This document shows, one piece after another, positions 61,719-64,000 of a stretch of 64,000 nt of DNA. The DNA is from Heteronotia binoei. Its lineage: Eukaryota. The notes under the pieces were generated by a model. The model was not told the DNA's origin. It made no database searches and saw only the letters and a list, made by a program, of their open reading frames with translations. The DNA is taken from NCBI RefSeq assembly GCF_032191835.1, contig NC_083233.1:41044001-41108000 (forward strand). Direction: 5' to 3'. Both the position numbers and the translations under genes were made by a program. The number at the start of each line of letters is the position of its first letter. The first letter of the stretch is position 1.

Positions 61719-63644
61719 GGCTACCTGCTGATAGCATGATTGCCAAATTGTCTGAAAGGAATAATACATACTTCTTGCCAGTATGTATAGCCAAGGGCAG
61801 TGCAGGGATTTTGGGTGTCCTAGGCAAGGGTGGCATCTACCCTCCTTGCCTTCCCCTGCACTGTTGACCATCCACCTTGCCCCTACTCATCCTTGTCTCT
61901 GCCACAATTGACTTATGCCCTCTACACAGTTGCTAGCCTGGCAAAGCATGAGATCGTCACATCTGAAGAGCCCTAACTTTTTAGTGTCGGAGTTCTAGCT
62001 ATTTTCTCCCTCAAATTAAATTCATAGACATATAGCCAATGAAATGTACAAACATTTCCCATCCGTTTCATAAAATAGAATGAAATAGCATATCCTGTGG
62101 CATAAAACAACATTAATTCTGCATTGCAATGGTTCAGAATAAGTGAATGCGTTGGGAACACTAGCAATGGCTGAAAAATGCATGAAAATCAAAATGATCA
62201 AAACGTCAACAAGAGAGGGAGAGAGAGAAATAAAAATGGATGTATTTGTAAATCTGGAGTTTAAACCCATTTGGGAGTGGGATTATGTTAATAATAAGCG
62301 GAGGTTTTGATAAATATTATTATAAACATTTCCTTGTTTTTAGTGCAAAGGAATCACTACACAACTGTCATGGGACCTTACTACACTGTAAAGAAGTCTT
62401 GAGACATGCCCTACTGTGGTATGCACCTAGTTTATACTGGGCATTATGTTGGATTTCACTACTGCCAGGAATGAACTGTGTTCATTACTTAAAAGATACC
62501 GATCATTTTCTGCAGCTTCAAGATGGATGGTGAAGCCTCTTTGCTAATACTGAGTAACCCTTAATAAACTCCCATGGAACCATGGGAAAATAATTTGCAA
62601 ATCACTGCTTTAGAACCTTGGTCTCTGCCAGGAATTTACCATGTGGCTTATGCTTAGCTCGATGAGGATCTTACAAATATAGCATTGCTGGAGCATGGGC
62701 ACATAGTCCAGATGTGGCAGTGTTTCAAATATCTTCCCATATGTTTGGGATAAAAAAAATCTTTTTTTTAAAGCCAAGCAGAATTGCAAAGCAAAAACAA
62801 GAAGAATATGAATAGTTTCTGAATTGCTGTTTTCTCTGCTTAATATTTTGCCATGGTCCAGTTACTTAGCGAAAGGGCACTCAGAGATGTTCATTTACAC
62901 CTTTTGCAATAATATAGTTAAAAACCTAGCCTAGCCTTTTGCCATTATCATGGCAGTGTAAATTGACAACAAGTGGCTTTGGCACTTGAGAAAAGGATCC
63001 ATCAAGTACCCCCACCTGCAAATTTATTGTGCTGTGAAATGGAATTGGAAGGGTGTTTTTTTTTTTTTAATGCATTGAAGGTGACAGCTCATGTAGCAGG
63101 TTGAGCCTGATTTATATGCCAGTAAGCCACTGGTTCCAATTTCATCTTGGCCATCACCTCACTGAGTACACATAGCCAAGGCACTTTCTCCTGAACTTAA
63201 CTCCTCCCCATCTGTAATACAGGGATGTTTATTGGCTTTCCTTATAGGGGTGTGGTGACTGAAGGTTAAAAAGACATAATACAAAATCCCCAATCTGACC
63301 CACAGTTATATGTTTAAGAAGAGACTCACCTTTTAAAAGCTGTCCATTTGACTGTAAATGGAGCAAAGAGAGACTTTGAGAAATGTCATGGGAAACAGAG
63401 CCCCATTTGTTCCTTCCTCTGATTTCATGTGCCCTTGGGATGGACAAAGGAAGGGGCAAACAGCCCCCCGGTGCCATTTATGATAGTGAAGATGCCACAG
63501 AAGAGAAGCCTAAAGCCTCTCCCTTTCTCATGCCCCATTTGCAGCCAGAGAAACTGGAAGCTTTTTCAAATTGTGTCCTTTCTTAAACACATAACCGAGT
63601 CAGCTTGGGAAGCCATGTCCTAACATGTGGACTTTGTATTTTGA

Positions 63645-63815
63645 TTATAGTCAGATTTCAGAAACTAAGCAGGGTCAGCAGCACTGGTTAGTACTTGAAT
63701 GAGAGACCACTAAAGAAGTCCAGTGTTGCTATGCAGAGGCAGACATTGGCAAATCACTTCTGTTCATTTCTTACCTTGAAAACCCTCCAGGGTCAACAAC
63801 ACTTTCCACCACCAT
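63645..63815 (+). mobile_element. 5S rRNA-derived SINE (5S-Sauria-like)
   Basis: CAGATTTCAGAAACTAAGCAGGGTCAG...CTGGTTAGTACTTGAATGAGAGACC matches the 5S A/C-box region, then a Sauria-like core. Confidence 0.7.
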
Positions 63816-64000
63816 GACCAATTAGGTCCTGAGATAATCTGAAATGTGTTTAAACTCTGAATATGAGCATCTAAATAAGAATCTGTTCTGTATCATTAGC
63901 TGCTGCTCATGCCTCTGAATCAAACCTGAGAAATCTACAAAATTAAAACAACAGTCGCTACTGCATTCTCAAGAATGATCTAACATTGGAGTGATCATGG

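Overview
Vertebrate nuclear DNA, most likely a squamate reptile and probably a gecko (inferred from Sauria-type SINEs with ACCTTT tails, 5S-headed SINEs, lizard-type CR1/L2 ends and abundant TAGGGTTGCCA hAT MITEs). No host protein-coding exon could be identified with confidence. The window is a TE-dense intergenic or intronic tract with two assembly gaps. Main contents: (1) a structurally complete but decayed Ngaro-type tyrosine-recombinase retrotransposon (2959-8878; A1-gag-RT/RH-YR-SGNH hydrolase-B1-A2-spacer-B2); (2) a Mag-lineage Ty3/Gypsy element with 5' LTR, tRNA-Ser PBS and broken gag-pol but no 3' LTR (about 11993-16424); (3) a near full-length CR1 LINE on the minus strand (20686 to about 27430) interrupted by two L2 insertions, one of which creates an open in-frame CR1-L2 chimeric RT ORF; (4) further L2, RTE-X-like and old Gypsy remnants; (5) many SINEs and hAT/Harbinger MITEs, several nested, including a 287-bp near-perfect palindrome. 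All calls come from manual reading and motif recall; no database searches were run.
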